Position numbers and translations under genes: made by a program
Notes under the pieces: model-generated
Databases searched by the model: none
Told to the model about the DNA's origin: nothing
Seen by the model: only the letters and a program-made list of their open reading frames with translations
Part shown: in pieces, positions 35,746-48,211 of the stretch
Position numbering within the stretch: position 1 is the stretch's first letter
Layout of the letters: the number at the start of each line of letters is the position of its first letter
NCBI GenBank assembly: GCA_964016885.1
Contig: OZ024752.1
Span: 40,300,001-40,364,000, forward strand
Source: Eledone cirrhosa
Taxonomy: Eukaryota
DNA length: 64,000 bases
Reading direction: 5' to 3'

Positions 35746-38217
35746 TCTCGAACATTTCCGTTGACCCTTGTAATGTAGTGTGTGACCGATTGACGCACTT
35801 GATGGTGAATTGATGTTTGTTTTTGTGATTTTTTCTCTCACTTCGATCACATATTTTTGTGCACTATATTTGTGAGGTTCCAAGCAATAATTAATTGTAT
35901 TTATTATGTGTTTATATTTTCATTCTGTAAGAAATATAAACAATTTGTAATGTTATTTATACAACTTTGAATAAAAACTTAATTTATATAATATAAATCT
36001 AGATAAAGTATTATGATAGTTAAAATATAGAGAAAATGTCACATTTTTCATGAAGAAATCGATTAGCTAACATATTGTTGATTGTAAGACAAATAGCGGA
36101 GGGAAAATAAATTTGGTGAACACAGGGAGAGATAGATAGAGAAAGTTAGAAAACAGAGATCGTGACACGGAACTAGCAAAGAAAGAGGGGGGTGAAAGAG
36201 AAAAAGTTAGACAGAAAGATTTAGCGGGGGTAACGAAAAAGACAAGATAGAGCGAAAGAGAAAACCACTGAAGTAGAATAGGGGTGGATAAAGAACACGA
36301 CTGCAATGGGAATAACTAGAGAGAAACAGAGGTGTATATAAGAGATAATTCATAAATGTGTGTGATAAAGAGAACTATTTAAGGAGATATAAGAGAGAGA
36401 GAGAGTGAGAGAGATACTAACAAAAATAAAGCTATGTGTTTATGAGGAAAAGAGGGGCATCGCAGAGAGGGAGGAGAGAAGAGAGAGAAAGAAAAAAAGT
36501 AAGAAAATAATAGAGAGAGAAAAAGAAGAAATTAAGAGAGAAGACGGAGTAAAAGAGAGAGTGAGAGAAACTGGCTATAGATGGGAAAAAAATGACAAAA
36601 ATAAGTAGGACAAAGGAGTGACGACGAGGCATCGAAAAAAAGTCTAAAAAAAGTTTTGTCAACCGGTGCGGACATTTCCACAAACTTAACTTTGATATGC
36701 TCATGTATATATCCCATGTATATACATGAGTAGGGATTCTATGGCATATTTAAAAAGTGGTTAAAGCTATCTAACTTTTATCGGAATACAAATTACTGTT
36801 TTTTTCTTTTAATCAACACTTGTAATACGACAGTCTAAATAATTCTACAATTTATATAAACATACACACATGCTTGTGTGTGTTTATCAAGCACGGTGAG
36901 TGAATTTTGAAAATGCTTTTTTTAACATTATATCTATATATCTATATATCTATATATCCTTTTACTGGTTTTAGCCGTTAGACGGCGGTCATGCTGGGGC
37001 ACCGCCTTAAAGAGATTTTAATTGATCATACCGATTTTAGTAGTAGTTTTTCAAATCTGATACTATGTTTTTCGATCTATTTTTATCGAACCGTTATATT
37101 ACAAAACATAGACACACACACACATTCCTCTTCCTTAAATGTTCTATAGTCGATAATTAAGAAAATTCAAAACCTTTTTTTTATATCAATAAAAAGTGTG
37201 TAAGCTACTCACTGTACACTTCACACTACTCAATATTTATTTATATATATATATATGTATATATACACACACACACATCATTTTTCCTTACACAATCCTA
37301 CCCAATAACAAAATACAAGCCTAAATTAGTCCAAAACACTACAATACAATACAATAACCCAGTGAAATAAAAACCACAACAGTAAAAAAAACGATTGATT
37401 CGTCCTAGAAACCTTTCAAACAGGATCCTCGTTCACATATCATACAAACAGGATCCTGGTCCACATATTATCATAGTCATTGGTTCAATATAAGTTTTCT
37501 TTATATTACGAGACACAAAGTAAAGGAGATAATTGCTTCTGTAATGTGACGTATTTTTCAGTGATAACTACCCATATGTCTTCCTTTTTTGTTTCCTTAT
37601 TACTTTTCACGCCTGTATTGTACACCACATACATTCAACGAATTTAAATCAACAATCTTATTTTATATTTTTTATTCATATTTTCATTAAGCAAATCCTA
37701 AGTCTTTATTGACATTTCTGTGATGCAACGTGTCCACTTTCATTTTGTATTTATTTTTCGTCTTGTGTAATGTTTTCATTTCATGGTTGTTTCGCCTTAG
37801 GTCAGTTTTGATCGAAGCAGATCAATAAATCAAAGTAATTCCACTCCGTCACTATCTCATCTTTCACTTAGATGTATGTTTTAAAAACTACAATATCCAT
37901 TGTGTACCTTTTTAAAAAAAAAACTTTTGCTCTGATTTCCTTAAAGCTAACTGTAGTGAATGATTTGAGGGAGATTTGACGGTTAGTTTTAGCAAGTCGA
38001 TCTTATAACGTAGTAGATCATATTCGAATGTTCTTTTTTTTTCCTCTCTGAGTCGTAGTGACAAAAAACAAAAAGTTTGCTATATACAGAAAAAAAAAAT
38101 CTGTAATAGGACATGTTTACGAAGAATGAACAATGCATGCTTTTCTTTAAAACATGTTATATTGAAGAATAATCAGGAAATACACACACATATATGTTTG
38201 CGTGTGTGTGTATCTGT

Positions 38218-38400
38218 TATATATATATATATAACTAGCTTCTTAAACCAAAATATAAGTATATATATATATATATATAACTAGCTTCTTAAACCAAAAT
38301 ATAAGTATATATATATATATATATATATAACTAGCTTCTTAAACCAAAATATAAGTATATATATATATATATATAACTAGCTTCTTAAACCAAAATATAA

Positions 38401-38432
<32 letters not shown>

Positions 38433-38495
38433 CTAGCTTCTTAAACCAAAATATAAATATATATATATTTTTTACTAGCTTTGTAAACCAATATA
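38218..38495. repeat. Tandem array of ACTAGCTTCTTAAACCAAAATATAAG separated by variable (TA)n
   Basis: Five conserved units plus one diverged unit. Confidence 0.93.
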
Positions 38496-39633
38496 TATGT
38501 GTGTAAGGAAATTTCTTATATATAAAGAACTATTCATACACATGTATTATTCATACATTTATCTTCCACTCCTGTATATTTGGAGAAAACTCTGTTGCCC
38601 TGTTCTCATGTTTCTTTAAATAATGTTTACTTGTTGATTTAATGGTTGACCATCCTTCCTAAAACTTTCGCCCGCTTTAAAAAGTTTGTTCGGGACAGGC
38701 AACAACCCATCTTTTCACAGTCTTCCGTCCCTTTTTGCTTTGGCAGTATTGTGTCATCATAGTGGTGGAAATCTCTTCGTGGTTTTTAGCTCTTTTTAGA
38801 AATAGCAGCCAAATCTTCATCAAATCACACACTAGGGGCTTCAAAAACGAGGTTCATATTGAACAATATAATTCTGAGTCTTCAAAAGAACAAGGTGGTC
38901 ATAGTTTGAACGTTTTAATAGAGTTAAACAACAACTACGCCCCCAGTAAAATCATCCCAACATTATTACCAGCCAATGGGAAAGTCTGTGGTGGTTCGAC
39001 CTGCTAGAAATAGGAGCCAAATATCCGTTTACTCACACTTGACCATCTTTTTTTAAAAAAAAAAAAAAAAAGGAAATACATCAGATATTTTATGTCTATT
39101 CGATGAAGGTTTATTTAGAATCAAACAACAACACTATATCACAGTTATAACCACTACACCAACATTTCCATCATTACTAACAGTTACTACCGTCACATAT
39201 TAGGCTCCCTTCCTTATACAACCACCATACAAACTATTTGTTCCAAGCCAAACGAAGGAGCCTTTACATGATCGTTCGACTTGCTCGAAATAACACACAA
39301 ATCTCAATCAAATCATCGTACCTTATCGTTTTAGATAAAAAAAAAAAAAAGAAGAGACATTAAATAATGTAGTTAGTACAAGACACTTTTATAAATCAGA
39401 GGTGGGTCCGGATGGAAAGCTTTTTATAATCAGATTTCAAGGTTGGCCTGTGAATTAAATAACATAGCTCATAGTGCTTGTTAGAATGCTCTGTCCAAAA
39501 TTCTTTGTTTTAAAGCTGATCAAACGATGTCCAGATATATTCTAATGCCCATTAAAATAACTCGGCAGAATTTAGTTTTAGAAAATAAATAAATAAAATA
39601 ACAACAATACAAATAGCTAATTAAAATAATAAT

Positions 39634-39702
39634 TGTTTCTACTTTTGGCACAAGGCCAGCAATTAACCAGTGCATTACTGGTACTTTATTTTATCGACCC
39701 CG
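39634..39702 (-). mobile_element. Heavily 5'-truncated SINE-A
   Basis: 16-bp TSD TAATTAAAATAATAAT at 39618-39633 and 39703-39718. Confidence 0.9.
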
Positions 39703-39911
39703 TAATTAAAATAATAATAGTGTACAGAAGCCGGATTCTCGGAGTTTTAAGTGTTTAGAATAAATATCTCTATATATGCAGAGGTTATATTTAATTTGTT
39801 GGGATTCAACAAGCTTAAACATTTTTATAACTGATATAAAGCACTCAACAGTTTAGCGGAGTAAATACACAATATATTAATAAATGGAAACTATATTTAT
39901 AAAACCATATT

Positions 39912-39977
39912 TATTTTATTATATATATTTCAAGGGCAACCAAGGCAAATTATGGTGCGCTTTCATCAGATAAAATA
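39912..39977 (-). ncRNA. Type-I hammerhead ribozyme motif (family H2, second copy)
   Basis: TATTTTAT-CTGATGA-AAGCGCACCA-TAATTTGCCT-TGGTTGCCCTT-GAAA-TATATA-TA-ATAAAATA; perfect 8-bp helix I; palindromic ATATATAT helix III region. Confidence 0.8.
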
Positions 39978-40263
39978 CAGATTTGTTTTATAAATAAATA
40001 TTGACATAGCCGGAAAAAAAGACAACCTTAACAGTTAGAGCTTCCAAGAAGCACTTTGCTCTATGGTTTTATATATTTTTATATATATATTATCCTTATT
40101 GAGCCCTCTTCGGATTTTAGTCTTCACATTTATTATTACTATACACACACACACACACATATTATATAAGTATAAAGGATGATTTGCCCAAGCGCATAGA
40201 TGCTAGAAAATACCTTATAAAACTGGGTGAAGACCCCTAAAAGACGGAAGAAGAAGTAACAAC

Positions 40264-40457
40264 AATCATTTCTGAATTAGGCACAAACCCAACAATTTTA
40301 GGGGTGGTGGTGGTGGGGAGTCTATTAAATCTTCCCTCCTTCCCCAGAGCATTACTGGTACTTTATTTTATCGACCCCGTAAGGAAGAAGGGCGAGGCTA
40401 ACCTCAACAGGTTTTAAACTCAGAACGTAAAGGGACGTAACACTATACCACAAAGCA
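40264..40457 (-). mobile_element. SINE-A long variant, diverged
   Basis: TAGGCACAA...CATTACTGGTACTTTATTTTATCGACCCCGTAAGGA...GTAAAGGGACGTAAC. Confidence 0.8.
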
Positions 40458-40750
40458 CTGAATACTGAATAAAAATAAACAAATAAATAATCTTCGTTTA
40501 CTGAACAGGTGGTCAGTTATTCAATGAATTAAAAAGCTCGTCTAAAATAATTCTATTTTTGTTCTAAAAATATGCGCATTTACACTAATATACAAACCAC
40601 AAGCATCAAAAATTTAAATGTAGTAGTTTTTATTCTTATTTTATTTAGTTATGTGTTTTTGCTAAAGTTTCTAGATTTTGTTTGAATAGTAAAATGTTGC
40701 AGTTAAATGTCAGGAAACTGCCTCCTTCCCTTCTGTGTGTGTGTGTGTGT

Positions 40751-40822
<72 letters not shown>

Positions 40823-41082
40823 TTATATATTTTGTGCGTGTGTGTGTATGTATATATATAGGAGAATAATCGAGAATCGGAAAAACAGCCTACGAATTAA
40901 CGATAAACAAATCCGATATGTGTGGCAGAGGGCTCAATAATTTGGATAAATCAGAGCTATAACCATCGTTAAATTACCAACACATAGAGGTCATGCCTAA
41001 AATCACCCATACAGCCGAAAAAGAACGACCAGGAAGATTCGGGTCACTCAAATAAAAATCAATAATATATATATATATATAT

Positions 41083-41467
41083 ATATTGTTATACTTTGGG
41101 AGGGTCATTTTGCCAATAAGAAACACACGCACCAGTTGCTTTCACTTCAATTTATTATAATAAATTTATAAATTTAGGAATTTATAAATTTCCGGTTGGT
41201 TGGTTGGTTCCACAACCAGATGGTTGTTTATCTATTGTCAAAGTTCTTTCGTCACACATTCTGAGGTCACAGAATGTGTGACGAAAGAACTTTGACACTA
41301 TATAAACAACCATCTGGTTGTGGAACCAACCAACCGGAAATTTATAAATTTATTATAATAAATTGAAGTGAAAGCAACTGGTGCGTGTCTTTCTTATTGG
41401 AAACATGACCCTCCCAAAGTATAACAATATCGGTTTCAACACACGTTTTCAGATAAATTCAGAAACG

Positions 41468-41470
<3 letters not shown>
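41083..41470 (+). mobile_element. Fold-back Penelope-like terminal remnant in (TA)n
   Basis: Arms 41083-41263 and 41270-41430 with a 6-nt spacer; centre holds GTCACA-GAATG-TGTGAC-GAAA (hammerhead helix II + GAAA). Confidence 0.7.
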
Positions 41471-41513
<43 letters not shown>

Positions 41514-41834
41514 GCACACAATTGTATTTATGAATATATGTATGTATATAGTCATGAATACATATTAACCCAATCTTTGAAAACGCGTCCAACCCATGCT
41601 AGAAGGGAAAGTAGACGTTAAATGATGATTCTCTGTATATGTATATATTTGTGTATATATATATATGTATATGTATACATATATTGACTTATACATATTT
41701 AGAATCGAAAGGCCTAAAAGTAAACTTAGCAAAGAGAAAATCTTACATAATAGGAAAGAGGATAGGAAGTTGATTCTGTCAGGGAAGTGGCGCTGTTCGA
41801 TATTTTGAAAAGGGGCTGGACAGAAATGCCATAA

Positions 41835-42170
41835 GGAGGCACATGGCTTAGTGGTTAGAGCATTGGCCTTGCAATCGAAAGGTTGTGAGTTCAATTCTCA
41901 GACCGGGTGATGTGTTGTTTCCTTGAGCAAGACACTTTATTTCACATTGCTCCAGTTTACTCAGCTGTAGAAATGAGATGATAGCGACTGGGGTCCCTAT
42001 CATTCCACTGCAAAGTGGTCGTGGAGGTGCCATAGCAAAAAAGCACCCAGCACTCACTGTAAATGAGGTTGGTGTTAGGAAGGGCATCCAGCTGTAGAAA
42101 TCAAGCCAGAATCAGTTCCCGTCCCACCCTTGCAAGCAGGGAAAAAGCGGACGTAAAATGAAATGATGAT
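41835..42170 (+). mobile_element. SINE-B, full length
   Basis: Matches the consensus. Confidence 0.93.
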
Positions 42171-42489
42171 GTACAATGTAATTTATAAATGCACAAGAGA
42201 TGTAGTGGAACTACAGACGTTAATGATGAAGATAGACTTTGTATGCAGCAAATATACAGAAGTAAACACTTAAGTACATACAGCAAATTGATTCCCTTAG
42301 TTGTAAGGGAGACTCAATAGAAGTTGTTAATAGCCTTTGTTATGTAGGTGACCTAATCAACAGTGGAGGTGGCTGCTTTGAAAAATGTGGTAGCCAGAGT
42401 AAGAATGGGCTGGAAGAAGTTTAGGGTGCCAGTAACTCTGCTGACAACAAAGGGCTCTCTTAGAGTGAAAGGTTGACTGTATGACACCT

Positions 42490-42833
42490 ATCATCATCAT
42501 CATCATTTCATTTTACGTCCACTTTTCCCTGCTTGCAAGGGTGGGACGGGAACTGATTCTGGCTTGATTTCTACAGCTGGATGCCCTTCCTAACACCAAC
42601 CGCATTTACAGTGAGTGCTGGGTGCTTTTTTGCCGTGGCACCTCCATGACCACTTTGCAGTGGAATGATAGGGACCCCTGTCCCTATCATCTCATTTCTA
42701 CAGCTGAGTAAACTGGAGCAATGTGAAATAAAGTGTCTTGCTCAAGGAAACAACACATCACCCGGTCTGAGAATTGAACTCACAACCTTTCGATTGCAAG
42801 GCCAATGCTCTAACCACTAAGCCATGTGCCTCC
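42490..42833 (-). mobile_element. SINE-B, full length
   Basis: Reverse complement of the consensus. Confidence 0.93.
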
Positions 42834-44912
42834 ATACCTATATGTGTAGAAAACCTATGAAGAGTAGAAAGAAATGAAGCAAAATGTCCAGATAGTTGTG
42901 TAATGTTAGTGTGCATGAATGGTGTTGAATAATTGAGTTGAGAGAAAAAATTGGCATAAGAGGAATTGGATATAGTGTGATGATATGGACATGTGATGTG
43001 TGTCGAAGATGACAGCTGTGTAAAAATGTGCACAGTAATCTCGTGGATGGGACTTGTGGAAGAGGTAGACATGGGATGAGGTAATGAAGACCGCCTTTAC
43101 AAAGCTGAATCTCATGATAAAGGATTGGCAACATGTGGTACTGGTAAAGACTCTCCTACTGGCATAAAGCATGTGATATGACCTATTTATGCCTCCCACC
43201 CCCTTAAATTCTAGCACCCACTCTATCTAGGTTCATATCACTCCTCTTAAATCTTAACACACCAGCCATAACTCCTTACATCACCCTTCTTAAATCCTGA
43301 CACTCTTCATCACACTATTGGAAATTGCTCCTTCTTTTTCACTTATCATCCTGCCAAATCCCACCACTTAGCATGCGCCCATTATTCCATACTCATGATC
43401 CTGCTTAGATTCCCCTGCACATCCTGTTCCCCCTCTCCCCTATGAAGTAGAGAAGGCTCTTCAATTGAATTTATGACTGACAACCTCTCTAATGTTGGTG
43501 CCACAAAAAATGCACCCAATACATTGGTTGACTATAAAGGATTGATGTTAGTGCTGTAAAATCTTTCATGCATTAATTTCAATTCTTCTTATTAATAACT
43601 GCATTGTTTCTTTCCAGGGACTATGTTGAAAAATAAACTTCATTTGGTCATTTCATGAGAGTATCTTGGTCAAACTGAACTTTTCAACTGACCCTCATAT
43701 CTTTTTTTTTTTCTTGTTGAAAACATCATGTAGAACGTTTCTAAAGCTATATTTAATGTTTAATTTCCACATCCTCCTTCTCCAGATTGACTTGTGTCTC
43801 TGTTAACTGTTTCTATGTTGGATAGTACATTCTGCACCGGGAAAGTACTTAGTATTCACAACCATCTGCCTCTTCTGTTTTCTACTGAAAATGGAGTCAA
43901 TCTGGCTTGTGCGTTTCCTGATTAGTAGGGAATTAAGTGGCTTGTTAGTTTCCTGGAGTTAGTGTTGCAGATGTTTCGGTCTTTTGCACTACAGAACTCT
44001 CTCTTTATTTCTTGAGCTGTATCCATAGCAACCTTGTTCTTTTTGTCTTCAGATAGCCTAATTGTGATGCATAAGTGGAAGCAATGTGCCAACAAGGCAA
44101 CATTTGATTTGGTGGTGGAATAATACATAAATTCTGACTGATAAGCCGAGAAAGATTGGAAGAAAGATGGCAGCAAAGAACAATATCAATTAACTAGAGG
44201 GGAAGCTTCATATCAGGTCTATCTAGTACAGAGAGAAGTTTACAGTAAGAGGTTTGCCATTGTTCTTCAGATTACAAGGTAGTGTGTCTGTATGAATCAA
44301 GGCATTATTGGGGAACGATGTATTGAGAATGGCACCTGTGCTCTTAACCTCCTTGATGCTCAGAAGAAAGAGGCCTGGAAATGTTAGTATGAATGGTTGA
44401 TGAATGTGGAGAATGACTCAATAGACCCAACAAAAGGAGCAGCTAGGGAGGTTGATAGTCATAAAGTCAAAGAAGCCAGTAAAATATTAAGGGAAAATTT
44501 ACTGGGCCATCTAGGATAGTTGCTATGATGGTCAAAATATCTGGCAAGGTCGAATTCAAACTAGTCACTTGCATAATCAAGTGGGTATTATATGATGGAG
44601 TCATATCTACTAATTGGCATAACAACATAATCATTAATTGCTACAAAGGAAAATGTGATGCTCTGGAAAGGAGCAACCCCCAGAGGCAAGACATTGAGCT
44701 GCTGGATCAAGTTATGAAAGTAACAGATAGTTTTAGGCATAAATTTAGAATAGATGGGTTTGGATTTGAGTCAGGTCAGAGTAACACTGGTTTCCTCTTA
44801 GTGAAACAACTGCAGAAGTTCCTAGCTAATAACAAGCCTCTATATTTAGCTTTTGTTCACCTGGAGAAAGTGTTTAACAGAATATTATGACCTGCAATCT
44901 AGTGGTTTCTTG

Positions 44913-45737
44913 ATGAGAGCAGTGCAAGTCATGTACAAGACTTATCAGTAAAATGAGAGCAGTGCAAGTCATGTACAAGACTTATCAGTAAAATGAGAGC
45001 AGTGCAAGTCATGTACAACACTTATCAGTAAAATGAGAGCAGTGCAAGTCATGTACAACACTTATCAGTAAAATGAGAGTAGTGTAAGCCATGTACAACA
45101 ATGTTATCAGTAAAATGAGAGCAGTGCAAGCCATGTACAAGACTTATCAGTAAAATGAGAGCAGTGCAAGTCATGTACAACACTTATCAGTAAAATGAGA
45201 GCAGTGCAAGCCATGTACAACAATGCTATCAGTAAAATGAGAGCAGTGCAAGTCATGTACAACACTTATCAGTAAAATGAGAGCAGTGCAAGTCATGTAC
45301 AACACTTATCAGTAAAATGAGAGCAGTGCAAGTCATGTACAACACTTATCAGTAAAATGAGAGCAGTGCAAGTCATGTACAACACTTATCAGTAAAATGA
45401 GAGCAGTGCAAGCCATGTACAACAATGCTATCAGTAAAATGAGAGCAGTGCAAGTCATGTACAACACTTATCAGTAAAATGAGAGCAGTGCAAGCCATGT
45501 ACAACACTTATCAGTAAAATGAGAGCAGTGCAAGTCATGTACAACACTTATCAGTAAAATGAGAGCAGTGCAAGTCATGTACAACACTTATCAGTAAAAT
45601 GAGAGCAGTGCAAGTCATGTACAACACTTATCAGTAAAATGAGAGCAGTGCAAGCCATGTACAACAATGCTATCAGTAAAATGAGAGCAGTGCAAGCCAT
45701 GTACAACACTGTTATAAGTAAAATGAGAGTAGTGCAA
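44913..45737. repeat. 40/42-bp minisatellite, 20 units, derived from RT coding sequence
   Basis: The 42-bp unit encodes MRAVQAMYNNAISK; most units carry a 2-bp deletion. Confidence 0.95.
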
Positions 45738-45851
45738 TGAGTTTCATAAACTTTGCTCTTGGTCCACTCTTGTTCATTATAGTTCTCATTCGACTGGAAA
45801 TCTTAAATCCTGATGACCTAGTACTCATAGCTGAATCTATGGATGATTTAA

Positions 45852-46081
45852 CCCTTTAGCATTTGCATTACTCTATATTTACTATTGTATTTTGCTGTAA
45901 AGGTTTTATCTTACATAATTATCTTACATAATTATCTTACATAATATCGAATCTATGAGATTTTGATATTATTTATTTTGAGAAGAATACCTTAACATCA
46001 TGAGTGGTCGGTTACAGCCAGTTCGAACAGAAAGAGGTGAGAGAATTCTGGCCGGATATGGTCGGTTTAAATGCTAAACGG
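45852..46081 (+). mobile_element. TTAA-flanked (piggyBac-type) MITE inserted in the RTE
   Basis: TTAA-CCCTTTAGCATTT...AAATGCTAAACGG-TTAA; removing it plus one TTAA restores ESMDDLKKKFQTW. Confidence 0.88.
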
Positions 46082-46420
46082 TTAAAGAAGAAGTTCCAGA
46101 CATGGAAACTAAACCTAGAATCAAAAGGCCTCAGAATAAACTTAGGAAAGACTATAGTCTTGGTAAATATGAAAGACAATAGGACTCTGCTATCATCAGG
46201 GAAATGACTGTACTTGATATGCAGCAAAGAAGTAGGGAGAAACATGTAACTGGTGTAAACTATAGGTGCACAAGAGGTGTAGTGGGGTCATAGGTAAGCT
46301 AACAGAAAAAATATTTGGGGTGTGGTAGATCCACTGGAGGAGTTAGTTGTAAGTATACCAGTAACACTCTTTGAAGTTCAAGAATGGTATCACAGAAGTA
46401 TTTGATAGCTTCAGCTATCT

Positions 46421-46763
46421 CATCATTTTCATCATTTCATTTTACGTCCGCTTTTTCCCTGCTTGCAAGGGTGGGACGGGAACTGATTCTGGCTTGATTT
46501 CTACAGCTGGATGCCCTTCCTAGCACCAACCTCATTTACAGTGAGTGCTGGGTGCTTTTTTGCCGTGGCACCTCCACGACCACTTTATAGTGGAATGATA
46601 TGGACCCCAGTCCCTATCATCTCATTTCTACAGCTAAGTAAACTGGAGCAATGTGAAATAAAGTGTCTTGCTCAAGGAAACAACACATCACCTGGTCTGA
46701 GAATTGAACTCACAACCCTTCGATTGCAAGGCCAATGCTCTAACCACTAAGCCATGTGCCTCC
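46421..46763 (-). mobile_element. SINE-B, full length
   Basis: Reverse complement of the consensus. Confidence 0.93.
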
Positions 46764-46862
46764 ATCTAGGTGACTGAATTATCAGTGAAGGTAGATGTTT
46801 TGAAAGTATAGTAAACCAAGTAAGAATAAGGTGGGAAATTTTCAGGGAGTTATAACAAAAGG

Positions 46863-47280
46863 TACCATATATATTCGATTATAAGTCTATCCCCTATTTT
46901 ATATCTGAGAAATAGGCAAACATCCAAACCCCATTTATAAGCCGAAGCAGGTAATCAACATATGTTTAGATGGTGCAATTTTGAAATTCTCACGAGGAGA
47001 ATATATTTATGAAGTTTTGATATTTAAAATGTTTTAAGTGTTTAGAGTATAGTTTTTGTTTCACAAATCCATTATGTTATGATTTTTTTTACTACTTTCT
47101 GACCGTTTTAAAGACCATATTCATTCAAAATATATAAAACACAATAGGAAACACAAATTCCACATAAAAAGTGATACCCTAAAAGCGAAAATATTTTAGC
47201 ACCTCATTTACATAGAATTTTGAGATTGGTGAAAATTGGCAAAATATTGACCTCGAATATAAGCCAACTCTCATTTTAAT
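46863..47280 (+). mobile_element. Possible Tc1/pogo-type non-autonomous element remnant
   Basis: TA-CCATATATATTCGATTATAAG start with recurring TATAAGCC subterminal motifs; no right TIR seen. Confidence 0.35.
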
Positions 47281-47396
47281 ATCAGTTTTCTTTTTTCTTT
47301 TTTTTTTGGTTTAGCACAAGTCTTGAGTGCAGGCTGGCGTACAGTTTAGGGTGTTCTGTGGACTGATTAGAAGAGCAACGGTCTTATTTATGTGTT

Positions 47397-47428
<32 letters not shown>

Positions 47429-47574
47429 AGGATTAGAATACTGGAGCGTGTTTGAGTCAAACACCCTCTTCGTATTATAGAAATGACAGTAAAAGGTATA
47501 GCTCAATGCAGTTAAACAGAGCCGAAAAATTAAGAGAGTAAAACAAAGAATCCTTTAATACATCAAAAGTTTTT

Positions 47575-47619
47575 ATGAGCCGACAATGTTTCATCCTATT
47601 AAGGACTCATCAGGGCAAT
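47575..47619 (-). ncRNA. Minimal type-I hammerhead ribozyme motif (family H1, inverted copy)
   Basis: ATTGCC-CTGATGA-GTCCT-TAAT-AGGAT-GAAA-CATTG-TC-GGC; G.U at the base of helix II. Confidence 0.72.
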
Positions 47620-48166
47620 CAAAACAACAAGAGGTAATTTCGGCAGATACAAGCCAGAAACTCTGAAGAATATGGAGTTTACATACACTAATGTCTTACA
47701 AAGATATACGATAATAAAAATGAAGATAAAAATATTTTTGATATTTTTGATGTTCAAACTTCCAATAGGGCTTAATTTCTGTGTAATAGAAAATAGATAT
47801 GTGTATTGTAATATGTGTGTGTGTGTGTGTGTGTGTGTGCGCACATATATACATGTATATATTGTACCTTTTGATTTTTAATTTGGAATTTTAATGTTGG
47901 TATAGATATATTATTATTATAATGTATTATACTGTGTTATATATAATTCCTGCTCTATATAACCAAATTTGTTTAGATTTAAGTTGGTGACTTTGGACTA
48001 TATTTGTAATATGGTTCTTAATGTTATCTACATCCTTAGTTATTATAATTTTATTATTTTTATCTTCATTTTTATTATCGTATATCTTTGTAAGACATTA
48101 GTGTATGTAAACTCCATATTCTTCAGAGTTTCTGGCTTGTATCTGCCGAAATTACCTCTTGTTTTG

Positions 48167-48211
48167 ATTGCCCTGATGAGTCCTTAATAGGACGAAACAT
48201 TGTCGGCTAAT
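48167..48211 (+). ncRNA. Minimal type-I hammerhead ribozyme motif (family H1)
   Basis: ATTGCC-CTGATGA-GTCCT-TAAT-AGGAC-GAAA-CATTG-TC-GGCTAAT: canonical core, G10.1-C11.1, GUC site at 48202-48204. Confidence 0.85.

Larger units (their letters stand above)
41699..43165 (+). mobile_element. Decayed RTE LINE 3' third, interrupted by two SINE-B copies
   Basis: LESKGLKVNLAK, SGKWRCSI, HKRCSG, CYVGDLINSGGGC, VARVRMGWKKFR, LREKIGIRGI, YGHVM across the insertions. Confidence 0.85.
44100..46852 (+). mobile_element. Decayed RTE LINE including the RT domain, with nested array, MITE and SINE
   Basis: WWNN, KDGSKEQYQL, IINCYKGKCDALERSN, KPLYLAFVHLEKVFNR (FVDLEKAFDR-like), PLLFIIVL, PDDLVLIAES (YADD-like), LESKGLRINLGKT. 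Confidence 0.88.

Noticed and set aside
38218-38495. CRISPR-like repeat-spacer pattern
   Set aside because: Spacers are only (TA)n of varying length; eukaryotic context and no cas genes. The 61-bp and 85-bp arrays likewise lack unique spacers.
45805-45840. CTGATGA
   Set aside because: Encodes the PDD (YADD-like) motif of the RTE reverse transcriptase; no hammerhead helices.
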